From an uncultured Candidatus Saccharibacteria bacterium (GTDB lineage Bacteria; Patescibacteriota; Minisyncoccia; Phycocordibacterales; UBA5272), in the NCBI GenBank assembly GCA_964457775.1, contig CAYWEW010000003.1, forward strand, positions 30,776-94,775: a stretch of 64,000 nt of DNA, in the 5' to 3' direction. Every line of letters starts with the position of its first letter. The first letter of the stretch is position 1. Positions 37,375 to 45,590 of this stretch are shown here, one piece after another. The position numbers and the translations under genes were made by a program. The notes beneath the pieces were generated by a model. That model saw nothing but the letters and a program-made list of their open reading frames with translations. It was not told where the DNA came from and made no database searches.

Positions 37375-37755
37375 ATGCGTATCTCAGGTATCACCCTCCC
37401 AGAAAATAAGCGTCTCGAAATTGCTCTAACAGCAGTTTATGGTGTTGGACGTCCACGTGCCAAGATGATTATCGAAAAATGTGGTCTAGATTTAGGAATG
37501 AGAACAACTGCTTTGACTACAGAGCAAGAAAATCTTATCCGTCGTGAAATTGAACTTTTTAAAACAGAAGGAGACCTAAAGCGTGAGACTCAACAAAATA
37601 TTAAGCGTCTAAAGGATATTAAGGCTTACCGAGGTATTCGTCACATAAAGCACTTACCTGCTCGTGGACAGCGTACAAAGACAAATAGTAGAACAGTTCG
37701 TGGAAACGTTCGTCGTACTATGGGAAGTGGACGCCGTAAGACTGAGAAGACCTAA
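37375..37755 (+). CDS. rpsM: 30S ribosomal protein S13
   Basis: MRISGITLPENKRLEIALTAVYGVG. Confidence 0.95.
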   Translation: MRISGITLPENKRLEIALTAVYGVGRPRAKMIIEKCGLDLGMRTTALTTEQENLIRREIELFKTEGDLKRETQQNIKRLKDIKAYRGIRHIKHLPARGQRTKTNSRTVRGNVRRTMGSGRRKTEKT

Positions 37756-37773
37756 AAATTAATTTATAAATAT

Positions 37774-38208
37774 ATGGGAAAGAAAAGAATAGTAAAAAAG
37801 AATAGTTCTGGAGTTGATAGTGCTCTTAAGGCACGATCACTTGCAAAGGTAATCAAGAAGAAGATTGTTGAAGGAACACTCTTTGTTGAGTCTACCTATA
37901 ACAACACTAGACTCTCACTTGCTGATCGTTCTGGTAATGTGTTGGCTTGGTCTTCATCAGGGTCTCTTGGATTTAAGGGTGCTAAAAAAGGAACTCCTTT
38001 CGCAGCTTCAAAAATTGGAGAACTTATCGGTGAAAAGGCACAGCAAATTGGTCTTAAAGAAGTTGCTGTTATTGTAAAAGGTGTTGGGTCTGGTCGCGAG
38101 TCGGCAATTCGTGGGTTTTCAACCTTCGGTGTAGAAATCATTTCTATTATTGATAAAACTCCAGTTCCACATAATGGACCAAAGCCACGTAAGCCTCGTC
38201 ACGTTTAA
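37774..38208 (+). CDS. rpsK: 30S ribosomal protein S11
   Basis: S11 signature; AWSSSGSLGFKGAKKGTPFAA. Confidence 0.95.
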   Translation: MGKKRIVKKNSSGVDSALKARSLAKVIKKKIVEGTLFVESTYNNTRLSLADRSGNVLAWSSSGSLGFKGAKKGTPFAASKIGELIGEKAQQIGLKEVAVIVKGVGSGRESAIRGFSTFGVEIISIIDKTPVPHNGPKPRKPRHV

Positions 38209-38226
38209 TAATAATTATAAAAATAT

Positions 38227-38847
38227 ATGAGTAGAATTACATGTAAAAGTTGTCGTCGTCTCGGAGAGTCACTATGTGGCCGTGAGAAGTGTGCTTACAA
38301 AAAGCGCCCATATGCTCCAGGAAAACTAGATAGTGAACGTAAGCATCGTTCAAACGTATCTGAATACGGAGAACAGCTTCGTGCAAAGCAAAAAATGAGA
38401 GTAACTTACGGACTCATGGAAAAGCAATTTTCTATGTATGTAAAACGTGCTACTGCAACTCATGAATCTGGAGATGGCTCAGTTACACCAGCACTTAAGC
38501 TTGCTCGTGAACTAGAATCAAGACTTGATAATATTGTATTTAGAATTGGTTTTGCTAATACAAGAGCTCTAGCTCGTCAACTTGTATCACATGGTCATAT
38601 TCTAGTTAATGGACGTCGTGTAAACATTGCTTCTCACCAAATAAAAATTGGAGATGTTGTATCTATCCGTGAGGGTAGTAAGACAGCGAAGGTTTTTGAA
38701 GGGTTAGGAGAGAGATTGACAGCATCTGCACCGAATCATGTTTTCGTAGTTAATCCTACAACTTTTTCAGCAGAAATTAAAAGTGTTGTTCGTGAGGTTG
38801 GTCCAATGTTCGATACACAAAAGGTGCTTGAGTATTACTCTAGATAG
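38227..38847 (+). CDS. rpsD: 30S ribosomal protein S4
   Basis: N-terminal zinc ribbon CKSCRRLGESLCGREKC plus S4 domain. Confidence 0.9.
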   Translation: MSRITCKSCRRLGESLCGREKCAYKKRPYAPGKLDSERKHRSNVSEYGEQLRAKQKMRVTYGLMEKQFSMYVKRATATHESGDGSVTPALKLARELESRLDNIVFRIGFANTRALARQLVSHGHILVNGRRVNIASHQIKIGDVVSIREGSKTAKVFEGLGERLTASAPNHVFVVNPTTFSAEIKSVVREVGPMFDTQKVLEYYSR

Positions 38848-38984
38848 TAAATTACTAGTTTACGGCCAAGCCGCGAACTTGCTAGTTCGAAAGTTGAAAG
38901 TATGTAAAGTGGTCACTAATTTGGATTTAATTTTTACTTTACAGACTTAAAACTTTTGACTTAAGTTTATCCACTACCACATAC

Positions 38985-39013
38985 TTGCATATTTTGCAAT
39001 TTCGGGTTAGAAT
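38985..39013 (+). promoter_or_regulatory. sigma70-like promoter TTGCAT-N17-TAGAAT upstream of rpoA
   Basis: Exact 17-nt spacer; ~80 nt upstream of rpoA ATG. Confidence 0.55.
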
Positions 39014-39095
39014 AGGATAACTTTACTTAATAAGAGGGTCTTGTTCGTGTTTCTGTTTCTTGTAGGAGTATAAACTAATAATTAAGAACACAATT

Positions 39096-40067
39096 TTGCA
39101 TATGTCTTCACATTCTATCATTTTGCCTTCAAAGCCAAGAATCGTTAAAGAAGACGCCACTTCTGGCGTGTATGAAATAGACGGATTATATCCAGGATAT
39201 GGACATACTTTAGGAAATTCACTTCGTCGTATCATTCTTTCATCTGTACCTGGTGCATCTATCACATCATTATCTATTGATGGTGTAAAGCATGAATTTT
39301 CAGCAATTGATGGAATCAAAGAAGACGTTATTGCTATTATTCTTAATCTTAAGAAGACTCGTTTTAAATTACATGGGGATGATGCACAAAAAGCAACTCT
39401 AAATATTAAGGGTGCAAAAATTACCACAGCTGATAATATTTCTCTTCCTTCACAACTTGAAATCATGAACAAGGATCAATATATTTGTGAATCAACTGCA
39501 AAGGATGTTGATCTAGCTATTGAACTTACAATTGAAAAAGGTCTAGGTTATGTACCTCGTGAAGTTCTTTTGAAGGATAAGGCAGATATCGGAACAATCG
39601 TTCTTGATGCATCATTTACTCCTATTCGTCGCGCTAGTTACGAAGTAGAAAACATGCGTGTTGGTGACAGAACTGACCATAACCGTCTTCGTGTTTCTAT
39701 CGAAACAGATGGAACAGTTACTCCACATGAGGTTCTTGAATCATCAATACACACAATGATTACACAACTTCAATCTATTGTTGGTTTCCGTGCTGAAGTT
39801 ATTGATATGCCAAAGGAGTCAAAACAAGAGCCTATTGTTGATTCTTCTGACTCACTTGATCTTACAGATGCAACAAAAGTTAAGATTGAAGATTTGGGAT
39901 TATCTACTCGTACCGAAAATGCTCTTGTTACTGCATCTGTTCGTACGGCAGGAGGACTTGCTCGTAAATCAGAAGCTGACCTTTTAGCAACTGATGGTCT
40001 TGGGGAAAAAGGAATTAATGAAATTAAAAAAGCACTATTTGATTTAGGTCTTACGCTTAAGGCATAG
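39096..40067 (+). CDS. rpoA: DNA-directed RNA polymerase subunit alpha
   Basis: NTD dimerisation motifs plus CTD. Confidence 0.95.
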   Translation: MHMSSHSIILPSKPRIVKEDATSGVYEIDGLYPGYGHTLGNSLRRIILSSVPGASITSLSIDGVKHEFSAIDGIKEDVIAIILNLKKTRFKLHGDDAQKATLNIKGAKITTADNISLPSQLEIMNKDQYICESTAKDVDLAIELTIEKGLGYVPREVLLKDKADIGTIVLDASFTPIRRASYEVENMRVGDRTDHNRLRVSIETDGTVTPHEVLESSIHTMITQLQSIVGFRAEVIDMPKESKQEPIVDSSDSLDLTDATKVKIEDLGLSTRTENALVTASVRTAGGLARKSEADLLATDGLGEKGINEIKKALFDLGLTLKA

Positions 40068-40113
40068 CAAAAAGGTCAGAATCATGATATAGTAGAGCAC
40101 TAATAGACAACGT

Positions 40114-40467
40114 ATGAAACATCACAAATCATTCAGAAAATTCGGACGAGAAAAAAACGAGCGCAAAGCATTTGTGCGTGGACTTCTTGTTAATCTTATT
40201 CGTCATGGTCGCATTGAGACTACACTTGCTCGCGCAAAAGAGATACGTCCTTTTGTTGAGAAGTTAGTTACTCTTGCAAAGGAGGACACTGTTGCACGTC
40301 GTCGTCTCATTATGTCTCGTATTATGAATCAAGATATTGAAACATCAAAGTTATTTGCTGAATATGCTGTGAAGTATAAGGCTGTATCTGGTGGATATAC
40401 TCGTATTCTAAAACTACCTACACGTATTTCAGACGGTGCTGAAAAAGCTATTATCGAATTTGTATAA
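40114..40467 (+). CDS. rplQ: 50S ribosomal protein L17
   Basis: MKHHKSFRKFGREKNERKAFVRGLL. Confidence 0.9.
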   Translation: MKHHKSFRKFGREKNERKAFVRGLLVNLIRHGRIETTLARAKEIRPFVEKLVTLAKEDTVARRRLIMSRIMNQDIETSKLFAEYAVKYKAVSGGYTRILKLPTRISDGAEKAIIEFV

Positions 40468-40477
40468 TTTTACTACT

Positions 40478-40822
40478 ATGAACCACATTATTGACGCAAC
40501 AGACAGACCATTAGGAAGAGTAGCTACAGAAGTAGCAGCACTACTTAATGCAAAAAATAGTATTCATTTCGTAAAAAATCGTGTGGCAGAAGTTTCTGTT
40601 AAAGTAACCAATGCTTCAAAAATTAAAGTAACAGGAAGTAAAATGAAGGACAGTGTTCATAAATCATTCTCTGGTTACCCAAGCGGTCTAAAAGAAATGC
40701 CTCTTTCATATGTTGTTGCAAAGAAGGGTTTTTCAGAGCTTCTCACACATGCTGTACGTGGAATGTTACCAAAGAATAAGTTACAAGATATTCGTATGAA
40801 GAATCTCGTGATTGAGGAATAA
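40478..40822 (+). CDS. rplM: 50S ribosomal protein L13 (start at internal Met of ORF 40436)
   Basis: MNHIIDATDRPLGRVATEVAALL fits the L13 N-terminus; ORF-track start 40436 would overlap rplQ. Confidence 0.85.
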   Translation: MNHIIDATDRPLGRVATEVAALLNAKNSIHFVKNRVAEVSVKVTNASKIKVTGSKMKDSVHKSFSGYPSGLKEMPLSYVVAKKGFSELLTHAVRGMLPKNKLQDIRMKNLVIEE

Positions 40823-40837
40823 TAATTTTAAATATAT

Positions 40838-41245
40838 ATGGCTACAGAAACAAAACAGAGATACATAGAAGCAGTAGGACGTCGTAAGACAGCGATTGCT
40901 CGTGTTCGTATTACACCTGCAACAAAGACTTCTTTCGTTGTTAACGATAAGGATGTTAAGGAATATTTCGTAACAGAAGAACTTCAAATGATTGCTCAAG
41001 AAGCGATTAGTAAATCAGAAGTTGGTGAAAAGTTCTCAGTATCTATTCACGTATTAGGTGGTGGTATTCATGCACAAGCAGAAGCTGTACGTCATGGACT
41101 ATCTCGTACGCTCGTTCTTCGTGATGAAAACATCAAGAACACTCTTAAGAAACTTGGATTTCTAAAGCGTGACTCACGTCAAGTTGAAAGAAAGAAATTC
41201 GGTCTTAAGAAAGCACGTAAAGCTCCAACTTGGTCAAAGCGTTAA
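40838..41245 (+). CDS. rpsI: 30S ribosomal protein S9
   Basis: C-terminal ...GLKKARKAPTWSKR. Confidence 0.9.
   Translation: MATETKQRYIEAVGRRKTAIARVRITPATKTSFVVNDKDVKEYFVTEELQMIAQEAISKSEVGEKFSVSIHVLGGGIHAQAEAVRHGLSRTLVLRDENIKNTLKKLGFLKRDSRQVERKKFGLKKARKAPTWSKR
41219..41245 (+). repeat. direct repeat copy 1 (rpsI last 9 codons incl. stop)
   Basis: aaagctccaacttggtcaaagcgttaa; 26/27 identical to 42965-42991. Confidence 0.8.
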
Positions 41246-41252
41246 TAATAAT

Positions 41253-41281
41253 AAACTGCACATATGTGCAGTTTATTTTTT
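41253..41281 (+). terminator. rpsI intrinsic terminator (ctgcacat/atgtgcag palindrome + T-run)
   Basis: Perfect 8-bp palindromic stem followed by tttattttt. Confidence 0.65.
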
Positions 41282-41343
41282 CAAGTAAGTCAAATGTGGA
41301 TAAGTTACATAATGGGTATCAGTTTTGTGTTACAGTGTCCTAT

Positions 41344-42315
41344 ATGAACAGTGGATCAACAATAAATACAAGAACTCAAGATTCTTTCACTAAGGCATCT
41401 TTGATAATGATATTATCTATAATACTTGGTACTGTAACTTATGCATGGGTAGGTCCAACAAGTATGGCTCCTAACGGAAATGTACCTCCACCGATTAATG
41501 TTGGTTCAGTTCTGCAAGAAAAGTTGGGAGGACTTAAAATATTTGGTGACTTAACTGTTGGAACGACAACTAGTCCAAATGCAACTTTAACTGTCCATGG
41601 GAAAATATATTCTGAATCTACATTAAGTTCTGATACTGCACATACAGTTGTCACTAAGGATTTTATCCCAAGGTGTTCTTCAGGTAAGTTCTTAACAAGT
41701 GATGGGAATCAGCTGTTGTGCAAAACAGCCACAGTTCCTCCTTCCTGCGGAACAGAGTCAAATGTTGGTCCAAACACAGTTGTTACGTTTACATCTTCAT
41801 GTGTGTTCGTTGTTCCTGACGGAGTTAATTCTGTTAATTTGAAAGTGGTTGGAGGTGGAGGTGGAGGTGGAGGAGGGTCTGATTTTGGTGGTGCTAGTAG
41901 TGGGGGACAGAGTGGAACACAGTCATCGTTCTCAACAGTTGTAGCTTTACCTGGTGGTGGTGGAGGTGGAGCAGGGATGCTTCAATATAATTACGTGTGT
42001 TATGGAGGCGCAGCAGGTGCTGGATACCCTTCTGGAACAGAAGGGGTAACTTGTGGATATGGATCGGTTACTGGCGCTTCCAATGGTTCTGGATACGGTT
42101 CAGGTGGGGATGGTAAAACCTCTGCTATTGATGGTGGTGGAGGAGGAGGTAGTGGTGGTGCTGGACAAGTTGTTACACAGACATTAAGTGTCACTTCAGG
42201 TCAAAACATATCTGTTGTAGTTGGGGGTGGAGGATCACGAGGATCTAGTACATATGGTAATGTTGGTACTTCTGGTACAAACGGTGTTGTTACTGCTACT
42301 TATACTACACCATAA
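41344..42315 (+). CDS. N-terminally anchored Gly-rich extracellular protein (cassette B)
   Basis: AWVGPTSMAPNGNVPPPINV...VGTTT N-terminus parallels cassette A; poly-Gly blocks; start at ATG 41344 (ORF-track 41230 overlaps rpsI). Confidence 0.6.
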   Translation: MNSGSTINTRTQDSFTKASLIMILSIILGTVTYAWVGPTSMAPNGNVPPPINVGSVLQEKLGGLKIFGDLTVGTTTSPNATLTVHGKIYSESTLSSDTAHTVVTKDFIPRCSSGKFLTSDGNQLLCKTATVPPSCGTESNVGPNTVVTFTSSCVFVVPDGVNSVNLKVVGGGGGGGGGSDFGGASSGGQSGTQSSFSTVVALPGGGGGGAGMLQYNYVCYGGAAGAGYPSGTEGVTCGYGSVTGASNGSGYGSGGDGKTSAIDGGGGGGSGGAGQVVTQTLSVTSGQNISVVVGGGGSRGSSTYGNVGTSGTNGVVTATYTTP

Positions 42316-42349
42316 TCCAAAATATAATGGAAAAGTTCTTCTAAAATTT

Positions 42350-42934
42350 ATGAGTCCGAATTTAAAAAATATTATTATATATATTCTCATCTTAATTATA
42401 GGAGTTTTTATTGGTGGTTACTCAGTGAATTTATATTTCAAGACCAAAATTCAGAAAATATTTATGAGTAATGTTACTTCTAGCGAATCAGTAAATAATG
42501 ATGTATTTGATAACAATGCTCAAGCATCTAACTCAAAAATTTTAAAAACAAAGTATTTTGTTGGAGATGTTGTTTCTTTTTCTGGTGATACAATTATTAT
42601 AGACTCTGAAAATATATTGTATCCGTTGTCCGTTTCTAAAGAAAAGCACCAAGTAACCGTCAAAATAGATAATAATACAAAATTTATTAGTACCACCTTA
42701 AAAGATAAGGCAATTTTTGAAAAGGAAATGCGTGATTATAAAAATATTCCAATTGACAAAAGAGCGCAGATTACATCACCAAAATCTTTAATTGAAAAAG
42801 AAATACCTCGTAATTCAATTAGTGTTGGTAAAAAAATAGTCATTAAATCAAAAGAAGAGTTAGTTTCTACTACTAAATATTTTGTAGCTGAATCGATTAG
42901 TTTAACTTATGAATTGTCTAAAGCCACAAATTAA
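42350..42934 (+). CDS. membrane-anchored beta-rich partner protein (cassette B)
   Basis: Paralog of 33841..34437; start at ATG 42350 (MSPNLKN...). Confidence 0.55.
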   Translation: MSPNLKNIIIYILILIIGVFIGGYSVNLYFKTKIQKIFMSNVTSSESVNNDVFDNNAQASNSKILKTKYFVGDVVSFSGDTIIIDSENILYPLSVSKEKHQVTVKIDNNTKFISTTLKDKAIFEKEMRDYKNIPIDKRAQITSPKSLIEKEIPRNSISVGKKIVIKSKEELVSTTKYFVAESISLTYELSKATN

Positions 42935-42964
42935 ATACCGGGGACTCTTTTAAGGAAACCTCTT

Positions 42965-42991
42965 AAAGCTCCAACCTGGTCAAAGCGTTAA
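42965..42991 (+). repeat. direct repeat copy 2 (rpsI 3' end duplicate)
   Basis: aaagctccaacctggtcaaagcgttaa followed by its own hairpin terminator. Confidence 0.8.
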
Positions 42992-42995
42992 AAAC

Positions 42996-43022
42996 AAAAA
43001 CCTGTCATTTGACAGGTTTTTT
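42996..43022. terminator. intrinsic terminator (cctgtca-ttt-tgacagg flanked by A5/T6)
   Basis: Hairpin with flanking A/T runs on both strands. Confidence 0.6.
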
Positions 43023-43044
43023 GTTTTTAGAATTACATATTTGT

Positions 43045-43506
43045 ATGCTAAAATTAATTCATATGAATAATCTAGAAAAAAATACACCACAAAATAATGA
43101 ACCAGAGAATCCAGGGAGAAGAGGTTTTCTTGGGAAGATGTTCGGAGCTGCTGCACTTGGAACAGTTGCTGCTATGGCTGGAAATAAATATATTAAACAA
43201 GAGCTCGAGAATAATAATGAAATTAATAATCTATACTTATCTTTTAAAGATAAAGAAAATGATATTCACAAAGTAAACGAAGCTACTGCTTTATTAATAG
43301 AAGAAATGAATAAAAGCAGTATTGACCAGGTAAAAATTTCAGGAATGGGTCATCCAAATGATCGTATAGATATTTTGAGGGACTTTTTAACCAAACACCT
43401 TAATTCCAAAATTGGAAATAAATATTCATTTAAGAATAGAATATTTTCATCTGGTGTTTATAAAAGAGAGGACTTAATTGATATTTTGAGCGCCACAACA
43501 AAGTAG
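43045..43506 (+). CDS. hypothetical secreted protein with twin-arginine (Tat) signal
   Basis: PGRRGFLGKMFGAAALGTVAAMAG = S/T-RRxFLK-type Tat signal; start 43045 or 43063 (ORF-track TTG 43009 lies inside the terminator). Confidence 0.5.
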   Translation: MLKLIHMNNLEKNTPQNNEPENPGRRGFLGKMFGAAALGTVAAMAGNKYIKQELENNNEINNLYLSFKDKENDIHKVNEATALLIEEMNKSSIDQVKISGMGHPNDRIDILRDFLTKHLNSKIGNKYSFKNRIFSSGVYKREDLIDILSATTK

Positions 43507-43581
43507 TTTTGTAATTTTAAATTAGCCGTGTTAGTGTAGTTTTAGAGGTTTCAATTAGTTGTCTAATTTGTGGAGGAAAAA

Positions 43582-43836
43582 ATGAATACACGTGAAATAA
43601 TTGTAAATCTTGATGAAGACTCAGTAAAGAGAATCGGAATACTTTTTGGAGATGATGTTACGACAATGGAGGGTGCTGAAGATTTTTTTAAACTAGCGAT
43701 GGTAACCCTTTTATCAATGGGTGAAGAGATGAAAAAGGGGAGAATAATTGTTTCTATGAACCCAAACGCGGTTGGTGGTTTTACAGGATTGAAATTTGAT
43801 TTCCCAAAGCCAAAACCAATATGCAGAGTCAAATAG
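43582..43836 (+). CDS. hypothetical small protein (84 aa), SD-bearing
   Basis: GGAGGA SD 43572-43577, 4 nt before ATG. Confidence 0.45.
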   Translation: MNTREIIVNLDEDSVKRIGILFGDDVTTMEGAEDFFKLAMVTLLSMGEEMKKGRIIVSMNPNAVGGFTGLKFDFPKPKPICRVK

Positions 43837-43846
43837 ATTTTAAATC

Positions 43847-43878
43847 AAACAGCACTTAGGTGCTGTTTTTGTTTTTTT
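43847..43878 (+). terminator. intrinsic terminator (acagcac-ttag-gtgctgt + T-run)
   Basis: Hairpin followed by a T-run. Confidence 0.6.
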
Positions 43879-43939
43879 ACTTAATTATGCTAGTGTTCTT
43901 GTAGAAATACTGCACATTCATATTTAAAGGAGAAACAAA

Positions 43940-44743
43940 GTGCTTGGATATCTTCTTGAAAAAAGACCACAAGAAATTTATAGACTTGAGTTAAATGAAA
44001 ATGGTTTTGTTTTTAAAATTCGAAATGCATTTTTTGAGTACTTACTCAATTGTATTAAAAAAGAGGAAGACAAAATTCATTTAATAAAACTTGCAAATGA
44101 TGTAGTTGAAGGCGTAGTCATTTTCTACATAAATTTGCCATTTATCAGATATCCAAATTTTTCACACAAATCAACAGATTGGAAGAGTTTGTGCAAATGT
44201 GCAGAAGATATGAGTTTTCTATTTCGTCTGCTTAATTATCCACCAACAGACTTGGATTTGGTAGGTAATCACTCATACTGTTTAAGTGAAAAGACACAGC
44301 TCATGACTATTTCTACTAGTCATTATAGTAATGACGGTTTTCACTCTTCTCCGATTGAAGTTGGGTTTAGTAGAAAGGCTTGTGAACTTCTTGTTACTTC
44401 ATTTAAACAGGATACACACTTTAAAGAATGTGAGGAGTCTGCGCATAGTGTGTACTTTGGTTTATCCTCCAAAACAAAAAGTGAATTTGAGAGAAGTAAA
44501 AAGACTTTCCTAAAATATTCCGGAGGATTCATGGGGATAACTGCCATGGTAAGAGGCGGAGGCACTCCACACTTCGTTGTTCCAGGAAACTGTGCTTGTT
44601 TGGGTGCAAATCCAGATAGGTTCAAGTTTGATAGGGATACGCATTCTCACAACATGGATTCTTCATTACAACAGATGAGTATGCTCGCATCTTTGGTTAC
44701 GTTCTGGAATAAGGTTCTAATTCCATTACAGGACGGAAGCTAA
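43940..44743 (+). CDS. hypothetical Cys/His-rich protein (267 aa), SD-bearing, GTG start
   Basis: AAGGAGAAACAAA then GTG; no recognised family. Confidence 0.5.
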   Translation: MLGYLLEKRPQEIYRLELNENGFVFKIRNAFFEYLLNCIKKEEDKIHLIKLANDVVEGVVIFYINLPFIRYPNFSHKSTDWKSLCKCAEDMSFLFRLLNYPPTDLDLVGNHSYCLSEKTQLMTISTSHYSNDGFHSSPIEVGFSRKACELLVTSFKQDTHFKECEESAHSVYFGLSSKTKSEFERSKKTFLKYSGGFMGITAMVRGGGTPHFVVPGNCACLGANPDRFKFDRDTHSHNMDSSLQQMSMLASLVTFWNKVLIPLQDGS

Positions 44744-44756
44744 TCATTTGATTTTG

Positions 44757-44785
44757 AATCACCACACTTGCTGTGGTGATTTTTC
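44757..44785 (+). terminator. intrinsic terminator (atcaccaca-N5-tgtggtgat + T5)
   Basis: Hairpin followed by a T-run. Confidence 0.6.
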
Positions 44786-44929
44786 TTGACTTTTTTTTCA
44801 ATATAATTTATATATTATATGTGCGAGAAAAATGCTATACTGATAATAACGGAATTACGGAAACGACAGATAATTCAGGAATACAGAAATGTGTATATTA
44901 GTAAGATTTTGTAATGATATTGAGTACGT

Positions 44930-45562
44930 ATGAATAATAATGATGAAGAAATAATTAAAGATGATGTAACACAAGAGGAACAAACAGAAATTAAAAAAGA
45001 ACAAATAACTAGTGACGACACAGACGATATTTCTTTTGAAGAAGTAGATGAAGATGGTGAGCAAAATGTAAAAGTTACTATTAAAAAACTTCGTGAAAAG
45101 ATTAAGAAATTAGAAAGTGAAAAGCAGGAATACTTAGATTTAAGTCAACGCACAAGAGCTGACTATGTTAACTTCAAAAAAGAAGTTGAAAGCAATCTAG
45201 TTTCGAACAGGAAGTTTGCTACAAAGAGATTTATTGAAGAGTTGCTTCCAGTACTTGATTCATATGATATGGCACAAGGAAACGCAGAAGCCTGGGAGAA
45301 GGTAGATAAGAATTGGAGAGTTGGAATTGAATATATTTTTAATCAATTCAAAACCGTGCTTGAAAATGAAGGAGTAACACAGTTCGGAAAAATTGGAGAT
45401 AGTTTTAATCCGGAATTACATGAAACAATGCTGTCAGTGGAAGTTAATAATGAAAATGAAGATGAAAAAATTGTGAAGGTGTTACAAAATGGATATAAGA
45501 TGCACGATAGTATATTACGTCCAGCTCGTGTACATGTTGGTCAGTTTAAAAAAGAGAATTAA
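44930..45562 (+). CDS. grpE: nucleotide exchange factor GrpE
   Basis: Coiled-coil plus GrpE C-terminal beta domain (NGYKMHDSILRPARV). Confidence 0.9.
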   Translation: MNNNDEEIIKDDVTQEEQTEIKKEQITSDDTDDISFEEVDEDGEQNVKVTIKKLREKIKKLESEKQEYLDLSQRTRADYVNFKKEVESNLVSNRKFATKRFIEELLPVLDSYDMAQGNAEAWEKVDKNWRVGIEYIFNQFKTVLENEGVTQFGKIGDSFNPELHETMLSVEVNNENEDEKIVKVLQNGYKMHDSILRPARVHVGQFKKEN

Positions 45563-45590
45563 TTTAGAAATTTAAAATAATATAAAACTT

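Noticed and set aside
39023-39472. Antisense ORFs inside conserved genes: this one in rpoA, 20103..20750 in mraZ/rsmH, 57733..58233 in dacA, 2397..2720 in the nuclease gene, 9370..9711, 16025..16558, 29646..29960 and others.
   Set aside because: They lie opposite well-supported conserved coding sequences, have low-complexity composition and no start context; treated as noise.
43009-43044. ORF-track starts at TTG 43009 and at GTG 43570 (also TTG 15900, 20062, 40436, 41230, 42221, 53321, 57470, 62381).
   Set aside because: These upstream extensions run through terminator hairpins or overlap the preceding gene. In-frame downstream ATGs give N-termini matching family consensus (MraZ, RsmH, L13, AspRS, GluRS). 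The downstream starts are used in the feature table, with 15900 kept but flagged.
44800-44929. Looked for a CIRCE/HrcA operator (TTAGCACTC-N9-GAGTGCTAA) upstream of grpE-dnaK-dnaJ.
   Set aside because: No such inverted repeat is present. Only a TGcTATACT-type -10 and the upstream terminator were seen.
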